Position numbers and translations under genes: made by a program. A DNA stretch of 64,000 nt from the human T2T-CHM13v2.0 reference genome, Homo sapiens, in assembly GCA_009914755.4 (NCBI GenBank), contig CP068257.2, forward strand, positions 40,736,001 to 40,800,000, written 5' to 3'. Positions 12,517 through 26,228 of this stretch are shown here, in pieces; the first letter of the stretch is position 1, and each line of letters begins with the position of its first letter. A model generated the notes under the pieces. The model saw nothing but the letters and a program-made list of their open reading frames with translations, searched no databases and was not told the DNA's origin.

Positions 12517-12625
12517 CTTGTGCCAATCACCGAGTTCTGACCAATCAAATGCAGCCAACTGTCCGAACTGAGGTGCCAGTCACCGAGTTCTGACCAATCA
12601 AATGCAGCCAACAGTCCGAACTGCG
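12517..12625. repeat. Tandem duplication of an about 53-bp unit containing GACCAATCA (CCAAT-like) motifs
   Basis: The sequence caatcaccgagttctgaccaatcaaatgcagccaac(t/a)gtccgaactg occurs twice in tandem. Confidence 0.75.
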
Positions 12626-12836
12626 TTCAAGTGAGGCAAAGGCGGAGCTGTAACCAGTCGGGCTGTTTTTGTGCCTCATATCCATTTTCTGTGCCTCACT
12701 TTCCTGTCTCTGTCCATAAATCTGCTTCCACCCCATGACTGTGCTGGAGTCTAAGCCTACTCTGACTCAGCAGGCTACCCGATTCGTGAATAGTTCTTTG
12801 CTCAATTAAACTTCTTTAAATGTAATTCAGCTGAAG

Positions 12837-12882
12837 TTTTTCTTTTCTTTTCTTTTCTTTTCTTTTCTTTTCTTTTTTTTTC

Positions 12883-12905
<23 letters not shown>
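12837..12905. repeat. (TTTTC)n microsatellite abutting the A-tail of a minus-orientation Alu
   Basis: About 13 pentamer repeats are visible. Confidence 0.9.
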
Positions 12906-13195
<290 letters not shown>

Positions 13196-13425
13196 GTTTT
13201 TCTTTTATCAAGTTAAAATGGGGTTGTTAGGGTGGGCCCTAATCCGACCTGACTGGTGTCCTTATGAGAAGAGGACATTTGGACACACAGACCCCAGACA
13301 CACAGACAGACAAGCATGGGAAGAGGCAGCACAAGGGTGCTGCTTGCAAGCCAAGGAGCAGCTTACAAGAAAAGTGTAAACTGACATGTAACTCCATTGA
13401 GCAGATCTGAAGTGGAAGGGTGCTT

Positions 13426-13637
13426 TTTATTTTTTTTTTTAAGACAGTGTCTCACTCTGTCGCCCAGGCTGGAGTGCAGTAGCACAGTCTCGACTCACTG
13501 CAGCCTCCACCTCCTGGGCTCAAGAAATCCTTCCACTTCAGCCTCCCTAGTAACTGGGACTACAGGCATGTACCACACACTCAGCGAGTTTTTGTATTTT
13601 TAGTAGAAACAGAGTTTTGCCCTGTTGCCCAGGCTCC
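13426..13637 (-). mobile_element. Alu fragment, minus orientation
   Basis: This is a partial reverse-complement Alu right arm. Confidence 0.8.
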
Positions 13638-15440
13638 ACTGAGTGGAGGCCCAGGGAAACCACAGGAAGGCAGTGACCCACCTTGTTAACTGGCTCTGCC
13701 TACAGTCCTTGGTGAGAGCGGTTGTTCCTGGCCATCGTGGCTGGGCCATAGGCTCACTGCTCTGTGGTAGATGGAAGATATGGGCCTTGGTAATATACTG
13801 AAATGCCACAGGAAACCAAACCAGAAGTGATTTAACCCACAAGCACACTTAGGTTTATTTAACATGATGTCTCAAGGTGGGTGGGGGGCTCAAATCAGTA
13901 GCTCAGGGTTATTAAGGCTCTAGGTCTTGGGCCTTACCTCATTATTACATAATGGCTGCCTGCAACACCACATCACACCCACCTTCCACAACACCCAAAG
14001 GCAGGCTGCAAGGGCTGGCCTAGGAAGCCAGAGGGCGCTCTTCATTCATCAAGGGAGAAGCCTGCCCCACCTTCAAGGAGATGCCCCCTATGTCTCATGG
14101 GCCACATAGAATTGCACGGCCACTTCTGGCTAAAAGAGGGGCTGGGAAAGTGAATTCTTTCTCCCCCTTCCTTCGTAGAGTGCAAGTTAGGTAAGAAAGA
14201 ACGGATGGTGGACAGCCAGGAAACAGTCAGCTACGAGATGTTGTGTGGAAAGCCCACCTTTCTGACACTGGAGAACTGTGGGAAGAACGGACAGGCCACA
14301 CACCAGCTGGGCTCTGAGAACCCCCAGCTTCTGCTCCACAGTGAGCCAGCAGGAATCCAAAGGGCATGGGCAGACCCCAGGGGCTCCTTCACCCCACCCA
14401 GGGGTAGAGAGGGCAAGACGGAGTAGAGCGAGGTAAGAGACTGAGCAATGCGTTCCCAAAGACTGTGACTGACAGAAGCTGTGCAAATTATTATGACAAA
14501 CTGAATTTTAAGAGGAATTGGACTAAATAAAGTTAGCTCATTTTTACCTGTAATTAGCAGACAGAGAGTGTAAGATCAGACATACCATAGATGGAAAAGA
14601 AAAGCTAAAACTTCCTTGCACATCTGAGAGGTAAGAGGAGGTGTCTGTGGCCCCCCTGACACATACGTGACATATGTATTATTACGGCTCATGTGTGTGC
14701 TGCTGTGTGCAGGGGGCAGGGGGCTTCCCGTTCCTGATGGTTCTTCTTGGTGGGTGTCTCCCGGCCTCTCAGGCCTCTTTATCTGCTGAACGTGGTAGCC
14801 AAGGGTTTGGGAATGATTTGCCAGACTGGTTAATGTGGAAAGAGCTGGCCCCGCTCAGTTCTGCACCTCCCTCTTCCTCCCTGGAACCGTCTGGCTGCAG
14901 AGAGCAGGAGCTTTCCAGAGCTCCCGGGGGATCCCATCTCCAGTATAACTGTGCAACGTGTGCCCAGCACAAGAGCACCAGATGGAGGGACAGGTGGGAG
15001 GAGGAGGAACCCAGGGTGCATTTAGCTTGGGGCTTGCTGAGCTGAGGTCCCCAGAGCAAGGACGACTAGGTTGGGGGGACACCCTCTCCCAATCCTTGCC
15101 AAGCTACAGAGGGGCCAGTGGGAATAAAGTGACATTTTGGCTTCTGTATCCCTCCTCTGCTGTTCTATTTTCTAGTTCGTTCAGATCTGAGGTTGGGGAG
15201 GGGTTTTCCTGGAGGGGTCAGTCCATGCCACCCTCTGCAATTTTTATTACACATGCTTTCAGACATTCTGCTACAGGTTTCATCTCCTACGCCAATTTCT
15301 ATTTGGGAAAGCAAATAAACGGAAAGCTAACTTGTGTCACTTGGTCGCTGGGGCATCCGCAGTGAGTAGTTAAGAAATGCCAGGGGAGTCGGTGTCCATT
15401 TTCATGCCTGGACAAGAGTGCGTCTTGGACTTGCGTCCTG

Positions 15441-15580
15441 CTGCACACCCCACCGTCCCGCTGCACACCCCACCGTCCTACTGCACACCCCACTGTCCTA
15501 CTGTACACCCCACCGTCCTACTGCACACCCCACTGTCCTACTGCACACCCCACTGTCCTACTGTACACCCCACCATCCCT
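15441..15580. repeat. 20-bp minisatellite (ctgcacaccccaccgtccta) x7, about 150 bp downstream of the TFF1 3' end
   Basis: Seven near-perfect copies are present. They generate the His/Pro/Thr-rich ORFs 15377..15661 and 15418..15732. Confidence 0.9.
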
Positions 15581-15743
15581 GCTTTCTGCACTCAGCTGCC
15601 CACTTGTATCCCAGCTCAGGAAGCCCAGAAGATGCAGAACCTCTGCGAGAGCCCAGGGTGAAACGCTGCGCTTCACTTTCAAAGAAAGGAAAATCATTCA
15701 TATTCTTTAAAAGAATGAACAGCACAGATTAATATCGATCTCT

Positions 15744-15749
15744 TTTAAT
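15744..15749 (-). terminator. TFF1: Probable TFF1 polyadenylation signal (ATTAAA)
   Basis: ATTAAA on the minus strand lies about 180 nt downstream of the TFF1 stop codon. No canonical AATAAA is nearby. Confidence 0.45.
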
Positions 15750-15925
15750 TTTTAGGCCAATTTTGAGTAGTCAAAGTCAGAGCAGTCAATCTGTGTTGTG
15801 AGCCGAGGCACAGCTGCAGAAGCGTGTCTGAGGTGTCCGGTGGAGGTGGCAGCCGAGCTCTGGGACTAATCACCGTGCTGGGGACGGCACCGCGTCAGGA
15901 TGCAGGCAGATCCCTGCAGAAGTGT

Positions 15926-15942
15926 CTAAAATTCACACTCCT
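15926..15942 (-). CDS. TFF1: TFF1 coding exon 3: (E)ECEF followed by the TAG stop, then 3'UTR
   Basis: The acceptor is ccctgtag|AG GAG TGT GAA TTT TAG. The three exons total 255 nt, which encodes the 84-aa TFF1 precursor plus stop. Confidence 0.88.
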
Positions 15943-16073
15943 CTACAGGGGTGAGGGGGAGGGAGAAAGAGATGCTTTAGTGAGGATAAACATTTTCTTT
16001 CACATTTAAACAATTACAGAGTTTTTACTTTAAAGTATCCATAGGCACATTCTTTAGAAAACATGAACTGTCA

Positions 16074-16366
16074 GCCGGGCACGGTGGCTCACGCCTGTAA
16101 TCCCAGCTCTCTGGGAGGCTGAGGCGGGCAGATCACCTGAGGTCAAGAGTTCAAGACCGGTCTGGCCAACATGGTGAAACCCCGTCTATACTAAAAATAC
16201 AAAAAAAATTTAGCTGGGCGTAGTGGCACACACCTGTAATCTCAGCTACTAGGAAGCTGAGGTTGAACTCAGGAGGCAGAGATTGCAGTGAGCCAAGATC
16301 GCACCATTGCACTCCAGCTCAGGGGCAACGGAGCGAGACTCCATTTCAAAAAAAAAAAAAAAAAAA
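16074..16366 (+). mobile_element. Alu SINE, immediately downstream of TFF1 exon 3
   Basis: The element begins GCCGGGCACGGTGGCTCACGCCTGTAATCCCAGC and ends in a long A-tail. Confidence 0.9.
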
Positions 16367-16701
16367 GAATACATGAAATGTCTTCAGATTTCCTCATGCC
16401 TTCCCCCTCTATCCTAGGCAAGCTAGAAAGCGTTACCAACAGTGGCTCTTCCCAGGCTTTTGGTTAGAGATGTGAAGAGAAGCCGGGGGGAAATCAGGTT
16501 TCTTCCCAAGTCCCTTAGCCCTGCCTTTCTATTCCTGGACCTGAATGCAGCCTGACTCAGGCTACCCCATTGCACCACCACTGGCGGCCGTGACTCTGTG
16601 TAAAGGCATAGCTGGTGATGCTGATCAGAGCCTCTGTAGTCTTAAATGACTTTTCTAACTAATTCTAAATCTTCAGAACCCATCGTATAAAAAGGCCATA
16701 C

Positions 16702-16854
16702 CTTCTGGAGGGACGTCGATGGTATTAGGATAGAAGCACCAGGGGACCCCACGAACGGTGTCGTCGAAACAGCAGCCCTTATTTGCACACTGGGAGGGCG
16801 TGACACCAGGAAAACCACAATTCTGTCTTTCACGGGGGGCCACTGTACACGTCT
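16702..16854 (-). CDS. TFF1: TFF1 coding exon 2: trefoil domain (E)[50 protein letters not shown]
   Basis: This exon lies inside ORF 16673..16918(-). The acceptor is tttcag|AG ACG TGT and the donor is GAA G|gtatgg. It is 153 nt, phase 1 at both ends, and translates to the exact TFF1 trefoil domain. Confidence 0.92.
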
Positions 16855-17276
16855 CTGAAAGTGCACAGGTAAGAAGCAAAGTAAGTTGTGGGCTGAATTC
16901 CTTGATGTTATCATGCACACACCCATCCAGCTTCCTTCTCCAATGACATCAGCAACTGTCCAGTGAGGCGGATATAAAACCCTCAGGACATGAGAGGGAG
17001 ACGTGGTCCTCACATCCTGATGTGCAAACATTACGCTCAGGGAAAATGCAAGGTGCCCCAGGTTTGTGGACTTTGCATCTTTCTAGGTAACTTATTTATT
17101 CACTTTTTAATTTCAACAAATGATTATTAAATTTTACTCAATACATAAATATTTACTGAGCACCATTTGTGTGCATGAGAAGTGGGAGCTAGCATGGCAA
17201 AAGCCAGGCACTGTGCCAGGTGAGAGAGACCCAGAAATTAAAACCAGAGAAGTCATTAATAAGAGTCTAAATATCT

Positions 17277-17573
<297 letters not shown>

Positions 17574-19857
17574 CTAAGGATCTGATGGAGGAGAAAGGCA
17601 AGAACATGTGCGAGACAACGCAAGGCCATCGTCCCAGGGTGCCCAGGGTAACCACGGGGGTAGGGCACTCCCCGGAGAGGCCAATGACAAGCAGGTTGAA
17701 CAAAGCAGGGGGGCTCCCTGCAGGAGGAGGTTCACCAGGTGAAGATGGAGCCGCATGGGCAAAGGCCATTCCAGAGACCCAGGTGTGTTCAGGAGGTGGA
17801 AACCCATTGCAGGTAAGGTAAGAGGACCGGGTGGGGTGGTCTAGGAGGAGCCGACAGAGGGTACAAGCTGTGAAACAGCTTGAAGCAGGGCAGTGAGGAA
17901 AGGGATCTAGAGGAGGAAGACACGTGGACAGATGGGGCTGGCTGGGGGCTGCCGCAGGATCTTATGCAAGAGGTTCTAACACCAGAGCTTCAGGCTCTGA
18001 GCTCCGCGGAATCAAAGGTCTCAGAAAGCAACCTATTAGGATCTGGTGGTTGACAGCCTGCAGCAGGGGGTGAAAGAGGAGCCCAGAGCACCCTCCGGTC
18101 CCTGTCCCTGCCTTGGGGCATAGGAGGGGAGGAACTCAGTCTGGCCACACTGGCTCAGGTGAGGGCGCCCCAGGGGAGGCCGAGAGGGGCTGTTCTCTTG
18201 TCTGCTTTGCTATCAGGGACTGCCTCGAGATGTCTTTGGAGAAAGTGTTCCTGGCTTGCTGGGAAGGATCCGTGTTCAGCTCCCGCTGCCCAGCAGCTTC
18301 CATGGGAACCTTGCCCTCCTGGGGTCTGGATCCATTGCGACGTGAAGGTGATCATCGCCCACCCCCGGGACACTGTGGGGGTCAAGAGAGGCCCCGTGGT
18401 GAGGGAGGATCATCATCCTGGGGGTCGGGGGGGTTTCCTCCTCAGGGAGGAAGATTTCCAGCCCCGGTGCTCTGCCTCCGGCAGACTCTGTCTTGCCCAC
18501 CCGCTTTGTCTTTGTCGCATGATGGAAATAAATGGAAATGGTTTCCACACACGAATGCACTAAACTGTAATCACAATTTTCTAGATTTCAGTTGTAACAG
18601 GATCATGGACCTGAGTGACCCGCAAAGACGCTCTGAGCCTTGAGCCAGAGGGTGTGTGGGGTGGGGAGGGGAGTTTGCCACGGCCTCTGTGATCCCACAG
18701 CACAGGGGGCAGAGCTGGGGGCTGGGGTGGGGGCAAGGGCGCAGGCAGATGGGCCTGGGGGTGGCCAGCACGGGGACCCACCCAGTTCGTTCTGTACACC
18801 GAGGCCACTTCCTCTCTCGGGTTCCAAAGCTCCCCCGCTCCCTGCCATGGGCTTGGGGGTCTTCCCACTGCAGCCCAATGCTGGCTGCTCTTCTACGCTG
18901 CCCAAGCCCACCCCTCAGGCCCGGTACCCCACAGCAGAGATCAAGAGGTGGCTGGAGGGCAGTGGGGGCACGGACAGCACCACTGGGCGCTCCCTCTTCA
19001 GGCCTCTCTGGAAACCCTTGCTTTGGAAACGTAGAAAGCCCTTTCTCCTGCCCCCACCTTGAAACTGTACCTAATAACGGCAAATAAGTTATTCAGCTCC
19101 CCACAGCTGGCAAAGTGCAAGTCGCAGATGCTGCCACACAGCATTTCCTGACAGCCCTAGGGCAGACCGTTGATCCATTCTGCAGGTAAAGGAGTTGAGA
19201 TGCAAACACTTCCCAAGGAAGCAAGAATGGCCTCCTCCTCCACTCCCTAGAAGGACCCAGGGCAACCGATCCACTTGACAACACCAGGGAATATGGGTTG
19301 CCAGCCACGCACTCATGAGAGAGGTGGCTTTGACTCCCAGAGCATGGATCCCAGGGGAGCCCAGGAACCTGTAGGAGAGGGTCTCCCAGTTGGCCACCAC
19401 TGGGATGGGCATTCGGGCCTGTGGGAGAGGGTCTCCCAGGTGGCCATCACTGGGACCGGCATTTGGGCCTATCTGGATGGGCCTTGGGAGGGTCTGCCCC
19501 TGGGGGAGATGTTGGCATGAACAGTCAAAAGCACTATTCTGAGACCCCACGCCAACACTTCCTCTTTGAAACATGACACTTGGGAGGATTGTATAGTCTT
19601 CCTAACACAGGAAAACAGCCCCGACTGAAGGCAGCCCCCTCCTCGTCGCATTTCTCGAAGGTCTCCGGGGGCCCTGCCACCCTGAGTTACTCTCCACCTG
19701 CTTTTGCCGATCCTGTAAATTGGATATACTTTTAAGGGCCTAGAACAGCACCTGGCACAAAACAGGTGCTCAAAAATATGTATGTAAAACAGTGGCTCCT
19801 GGCGGAGGCTGCCAGAGCTGGCTGTGGCCCCACAGAGCAGGAAGAAGCATGCCTTAC

Positions 19858-19942
19858 CTGTCTGGGCCTCGGCCAGGGTGCCGAGGGCCAGCATGGACAC
19901 CAGGACCAGGGCGCAGATCACCTTGTTCTCCATGGTGGCCAT
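19858..19942 (-). CDS. TFF1: TFF1 (pS2) coding exon 1: MATMENKVICALVLVSMLALGTLAEAQT plus a split Glu codon
   Basis: This is the start of ORF 19469..19942(-). The ATG lies at 19942-19940 in a gcc ACC ATG G context. The donor is ACA G|gtaagg at 19857. The translation matches the TFF1 signal peptide. Confidence 0.92.
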
Positions 19943-20004
19943 TGCCTCCTCTCTGCTCCAAAGGCGACCCCGAGTCAGGGATGAGAGGCCGCCCGAGCCC
20001 CGGA

Positions 20005-20011
20005 TTTTATA
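20005..20011 (-). promoter_or_regulatory. TFF1: TFF1 TATA box (TATAAAA)
   Basis: TATAAAA lies about 65 nt upstream of the TFF1 ATG, placing the TSS near 19980. Confidence 0.65.
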
Positions 20012-20373
20012 GGGCAGGCTCTGTTTGCTTAAAGAGCGTTAGATAACATTTGCCTAAGGAGGCCCGGGGATCCTCTGAGACAATAATCTCCACTGATTTT
20101 TATCAAAGGTGTTTCCTAGACATGGTCAAGCTACATGGAAGGATTTGCTGATAGACAGAGACGACATGTGGTGAGGTCATCTTGGCTGAGGGATCTGAGA
20201 TTCAGAAAGTCCCTCTTTCCCATGGGAGTCTCCTCCAACCTGACCTTAATCCAGGTCCTACTCATATCTGAGAGGCCCTCCCGCCAGGGTAAATACTGTA
20301 CTCACTGCAGAAGTGATTCATAGTGAGAGATGGCCGGAAAAAGGCTTGGCCGTGACAACAGTGGCTCACGGGG

Positions 20374-20386
20374 TGGCCACCGTGAC
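20374..20386 (-). promoter_or_regulatory. TFF1: TFF1 oestrogen response element, imperfect palindrome GGTCAcggTGGCC (read on the minus strand)
   Basis: The plus strand reads ggccaccgtgacc, about 395-405 bp upstream of the inferred TFF1 TSS. This matches the classical pS2/TFF1 response element in both sequence and position. An Alu lies immediately upstream. Confidence 0.8.
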
Positions 20387-20480
20387 CTTGCAGGGGGAAG
20401 GGAAGGAGCTCATGAAGCCCATTCCGTCTAGGCCTAAGCTAATTCTTTTACAGTGGAATTGTTTTAATAATGAAATTGTA

Positions 20481-20760
20481 GGCCTGGCGCAGTGGCTCAC
20501 GCCTGTAATCCCAACACTTTGGGAGGCCAAAGCAGGCGGATCACTTAAAGTCAGGAGTTTGAGACTAGCCTGGCCAACATGGCGAAACCCCGTCTCTACA
20601 AAAAAAAAAAATACAAAAATTAGCCAGGCATGGTGGCGGGTGCCTGTAATCCTAGCTACTCTGGAGGTTAAGTCAGGAGAATCACTTGAACCTGGGAGGC
20701 GGAGGTTGCAGTGAGTCGAGATCACCCTACTGCACTCCAGCCTGAGCGACAGATTAAGTC
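20481..20760 (+). mobile_element. Alu SINE about 500-780 bp upstream of the TFF1 TSS, just distal to the response element
   Basis: The sequence reads GGCCTGGCGCAGTGGCTCACGCCTGTAATCCCAACACTTTGGGAGGCC.... Confidence 0.9.
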
Positions 20761-22145
20761 TCCTTCTGGGAGGAGCTGGGGGCAGGAGGGAGAAAAAAAT
20801 AGTATATACGAGCTGCCATCAAAAACTGACAAAGTGAACGTGGTTCACTCCCCTGTGTCTATGGGGCTCCCTCCCTCCCCCTCCCACACCTTCCCAGTTA
20901 GTCCCCTGGACTCCTGTATTTTAGAGGACAGCCTCCTGCTCTCCTGTACCATGCCTCACTCCCCTCCCCTGCTCGGAGCTTTCTCTTTCATAGCTCTTAT
21001 TACCTCCTGGTGGATAAAACAAGTGACTGACACATTATGTTGGTTATTTATTCATTGCACTCCTCCCTGCAGCAGACGGGAGGGCGCATGGGAGCAGAAG
21101 TCCTCATCTCCTAGTGCCTTGAGGTGGCCCCAGACCCTAGAACAGTGGCTTTGATTGGCATTCGAGAAACAGCTGTTGAAGAGCTGCATGAAGAAATGGA
21201 CAACAGGAGAAATCTTTTCTTCTTCAGTGAGAAATTAGGCCCTGAGGAAAATGCATGCTAGCCTAACAAAGGTACTATCTTTTCTTGGGTGACCTAGTCA
21301 GTACATTTCTGCAGCCCCTCTGGGAGGGGAGCCTGGGCCAGAATGGGGGCGGCCATGTTCCTCTTCGCTCCATCCCAGGACCCAGCCCCTCCTCCAGGGC
21401 TGCCACTCCTGCACCGGGGTCTCCACTCCTGGGCCAGGGTCTCCAGGAGGGGCCTGACCGCAGGACCCAGGGAGGGGCCGAGGCCTGGTGTCCTCTGTGG
21501 TCAGCTTAAGTTTATTGAAAACAGGACGGGGGCACCAGGCCCAGGGTGGTGCTCATAGTGACGGTGGTTTTCGCTGCTCTAATTTCTCGGATCAAAATGG
21601 GGGCTCTTGGAAATGGGATGTAAATTGCACAATCATTTGGAGAAAAGGTGGGCAGTGTTCGGTGAGGTTTAAGCCATACAGATTTTACAGCTCAGCAAAT
21701 TCTTCTGTTTCCAGGCCTGGTCTCTTAATCCCAGAAACATGTTCATACTTGGGCAGAAGAAAACACAGGCAAAGATATTCTTTTTAGCATTGTTTGTAAC
21801 AGCTGGAAACAGGGAAAGAAGGAAGGAAGGAAAGGAGGGAAAGAAAAGCAAAATAAATATTCATTAACCAGGGAAAGGGAAAATGAACTTAAAATACAAT
21901 GCAGTCGTCCCTTAGTACCCCTGGGGGACTGGTTTCAGGACCCCCCACCCAGGGATGCCAAAATCCACAAATGCTCAAGTCCCTGGTATAAAATGACATA
22001 GTGCGCAGAAACCACGTGCATCCTCTCATACACTTTAACCATCTCTAGGTTAGTTATAATACCTGATGCAATACCTACACCTCATTTCATTCTGCAGATT
22101 CTACATAGTACTTGACTTGCGGCACACCCAAGTTTTGATCTTTAA

Positions 22146-22466
<321 letters not shown>

Positions 22467-24245
22467 GATTTTAAAACAGTTTTGATCTGACATTACTGGA
22501 ATCCATGGATGTAGAACCCATGAATATAGAGAACTAATTGCATACATGTATTATACTTTACATATATTATATATGTATGTATGTGAGTATCTTTCAGAAG
22601 ATGAAAATGAATAAATAATGAGAAATATTGAAAACAAAGCGAAGTGAAAAAATCCGTTAAAATGGTTTGTAAAGTAGGATATCATTTATAATGTAGATTT
22701 CCAAACTATGTGAAACAATGTGATATACTGTTGGAACTGCATCCAGATGAACAAAATGATGACAGTGTAGACAGGAACGAGACACTGACTTCAGCATGAT
22801 GGGTCTGTCTAGGAAGGAGGAAGCAGGAAAAGGCGGCGGGGTAGGGCGCAAAGGGGCCTTCGATGTCTCCGTAATGTTTTCTTTTGTTGAAGAAAATCTG
22901 AGGGAAATAAGGTAAAAAGGTTAGCATCCATTAATGAGGGGCAGCGTAGATTCACGGATGTTGTTCTAGCATTCTGTACATGTTTGCAATTGCTTTCTTG
23001 GAAAGCCCAGCTCCTATCTCCTTGGGAGAGCTGTGAGATAACTACCAAGTGCCGGAGTTTGGCCTCCCACATTAGGGTTGGAGCGGCTGGAGCTGCCCCC
23101 GGGACTCTCTGTTTCTCGGGACAAGAGCTTTATCCCTGTGAGAGTGGGCGGAACCCAAGACCACACCATACATAACCTTATCCATAAAAACTTGTTGAAG
23201 ACAATTCCAGTGTGGCGAGGGAGAGAATGCAGAGGCGAGCGCCAGTCCATCATCAGTGGGGGACCCTGTGCCAGCATTTTCACAGCTCTGGGTCTTAGTT
23301 TTCTTATCTGAAAGACGCAGTGGCTGGGCCACAGGACATCTGAAGACTCCGCACCTCAGACCCTCTCCGGCAGGCATCTATGGCCGTGGGGGCGTCTGTG
23401 GCTGTGCAGGCATTGCTTGTTTCCTGCGCCCAGCCGACCTCCCTGCGGTCTGGCGAGAGCCCCTCATTTTCAGTGGGGGGCCCCGCAGCCGCCCAGATTC
23501 CCCACAAGGGGGACGCGCAGTTGGGGAGTCAGTCTCCTCCTGACGCTCCCCACCTGCCCGCTGCCCCTGACCTGTGCCTTGGCAGGAGGGGGTTCTGTAG
23601 GTGGCCCTGGAGGGAGGGAGGAGTTTGGGAGGAAGTGGATCCAGGGCTCTCCTCCAGGATCCCTCCTGGGATCACCTGGGACAGGCCACGTCCCCCTCTC
23701 AGCCACAGCCCAGGTGGGCGTCCTCTCCACACACCATCTTCCCCAGGCCCCAGAGCAGACCCCTCACCCCCCTGCCCCAGCCTGGGGGGTTTACCAGCCG
23801 CAAGGAGACTTTTACAGTCTTCACTCTCCTCGCATTGCCCAGATCCGCTGTGGTGAAGCCCGTTTCCTGCCAGGCCTCTGGTCAAAAAAGCAACTGCCAC
23901 CCCAGGGACCCTTTACAAGGACACCCAGCTGAGGCCCTGGGGTTGGGGTCCTCAGGTATTGGAGGAGGCAGGTACTTTCCTGGCCAGGGAACTTGAGGCA
24001 CAGACCCACAGCATGGAGCGGGACCACATTCCTCAAATTAACCCAGAAGGAGAGGGGAATGATTGGAGTGTGAGGCCAGGCTCCTCCAGGGAGAGTGGCT
24101 GAGGCGCTATGCTTCCATGGTGACAGTAGGGCGGTAACCTCGTCAGGTTAGCCAGCTTCTTCCAGAGCCACACACACCCAGAAAGGGAAGAGGAGATCCA
24201 GGACTGAGCATGGACGCAGGACGATCAGAAAGGCGTCCTTGGTGG

Positions 24246-25162
24246 TACACCCTCCAGACACCATCCACTCCCTCCGGACACCGCTCACACCCTCCAGCCA
24301 CCGCCAACTCCTTCTGGCCACCAATCACACCCTCCGGTCACTGCTCAGTCCCTCCAGTCAGGGATCACTCCCTCCAACGACCACTCACACCCTCCAGCCA
24401 CTGCTCACACACTACAGCCACCACTCCAACCCTCCGTTCAGGTCTTACATCCTGTGGCCACTGCTCATTCCCTCCAGTCACCACCCACACCCTCCAGCCA
24501 CTGCCCACACCCTCCAGCCACCGCTCAAACCCTCCGTCCAGGTCCCATATCTGATCACTGCTCACTCCCTCCGGCCACAGCCCACACCCTTCAGCCACCA
24601 CTCACACCCTCTGGCCACCACTCACTCCCTCAAGCCACCGCTTACTCCCTCTGACCACCCCTCACACCATCTGGCCATTGCTCACACCTTCCTGCCACTG
24701 GCCACTCCCTCCAGCCAGAGCTCACTCCCTCCGGCCACACCCTTCGGGTGCCACTCAAAACCTCCGGCCATGGCTCACACCGTCCAGCCACCGCTCATAC
24801 CATCCAGTCACCACTTATGCTCTCTGGCCACCGTGCACTCCCTCTGACCACCACTCACACTCTCCGGCCACTGCTCACACACTACTGCCACCACTGAGAC
24901 CCTCCATCCAGGTCTCACACCCTCCAGCCACCACTCACTTCCTCCGGACACCACTCACACACTGTGGCCACCACTCAGACCCTCCATCCAGGTCTCACAC
25001 CCTCCGGCCACTGCTAACTCCCTCTGTACAGGGCTCACTCCCTCCGGCCACCACTCACACCCTCTGGCCACCACTCACTCCCTCCGGCCACCGCTCACAC
25101 CCTCCGGCCACCGCTCACTCCCTCCGGCCACTGCTCACTCCCTCCGGCCACCGCTCACACCC
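24246..25162. repeat. 20-bp minisatellite (ccggccaccgctcacaccct)n, about 45 copies over 0.9 kb, between the TFF1 upstream region and the TMPRSS3 3' end
   Basis: The array is a degenerate 20-mer and keeps the ORFs 24239..24847(+) and 24678..25193(+) open. Confidence 0.9.
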
Positions 25163-25744
25163 ACTACTTTGCCTGGCCTTGCTCTACTTTTGAGTTCTGT
25201 GTATGACACGAGCTGATGCTGATCTGCTGAGCAACCTGTTCCGACAGAAGAATGCCAAGTCCACAACGCACACAGGAGAGATGACAGTAATGGAGCCCCT
25301 GGAATTCAGTGGATGATTTTGATTCACGTCACCAGTCCACGCAGACACGCCAGACAATGAGGGAAGGAAACATATTATTTGGAATCAAAGGACAATAATA
25401 CGTCAAGCACCAAATGCTACAAAGAAATCATGAAAATAGGCCTTAAACGAGTCATTCCTAGATTAACCTCCCCACATGTGAAAATAAGTCTTGGAAGTAG
25501 AAAGGGTGGGTTTGGTTCTGGTCCCTAGAGATGAAAACGTGCAGTGACTGCAGTTCTGCACTTCTGGGCTGGTGCGTCTTTTCTGAGTGGCTGTTGGTGG
25601 CTTTGCACGTGAGGTCACATAACTGCTTATCTCGTCAGGAATTTTGCAAGACCCTGGAGAGAAAACCAGATGGACCAGTGGGAAAGGCCGCCCTTGCAAG
25701 TTGCTGCTTCTTTTGTTCTTAGTGAAGATCAGAAAGGAGCGTGA

Positions 25745-26115
<371 letters not shown>

Positions 26116-26228
26116 TCAGAGCTCCAAGGGTGTCTGCTCGTGTGCAGGTTCCTACACGGGAGTCCAGGGGAGGATCGGGCTGTCTTCATCACCTCAGGAA
26201 CTCAGGTGGCTACTTGTCCCCTTCCTCT

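Noticed and set aside
18113-19087. Cluster of 95-176-aa ORFs on both strands in a GC-rich segment
   Set aside because: The segment lies inside TFF1 intron 1. The ORFs overlap in multiple frames on both strands, which is typical of GC-rich non-coding DNA, and show no codon-usage asymmetry or splice signals.
24210-25193. Three overlapping long ORFs (114, 202 and 171 aa) rich in H/P/S/T
   Set aside because: They are artefacts of the 20-bp minisatellite, with the frame kept open by the repeat periodicity. This is intergenic sequence between TFF1 and TMPRSS3.
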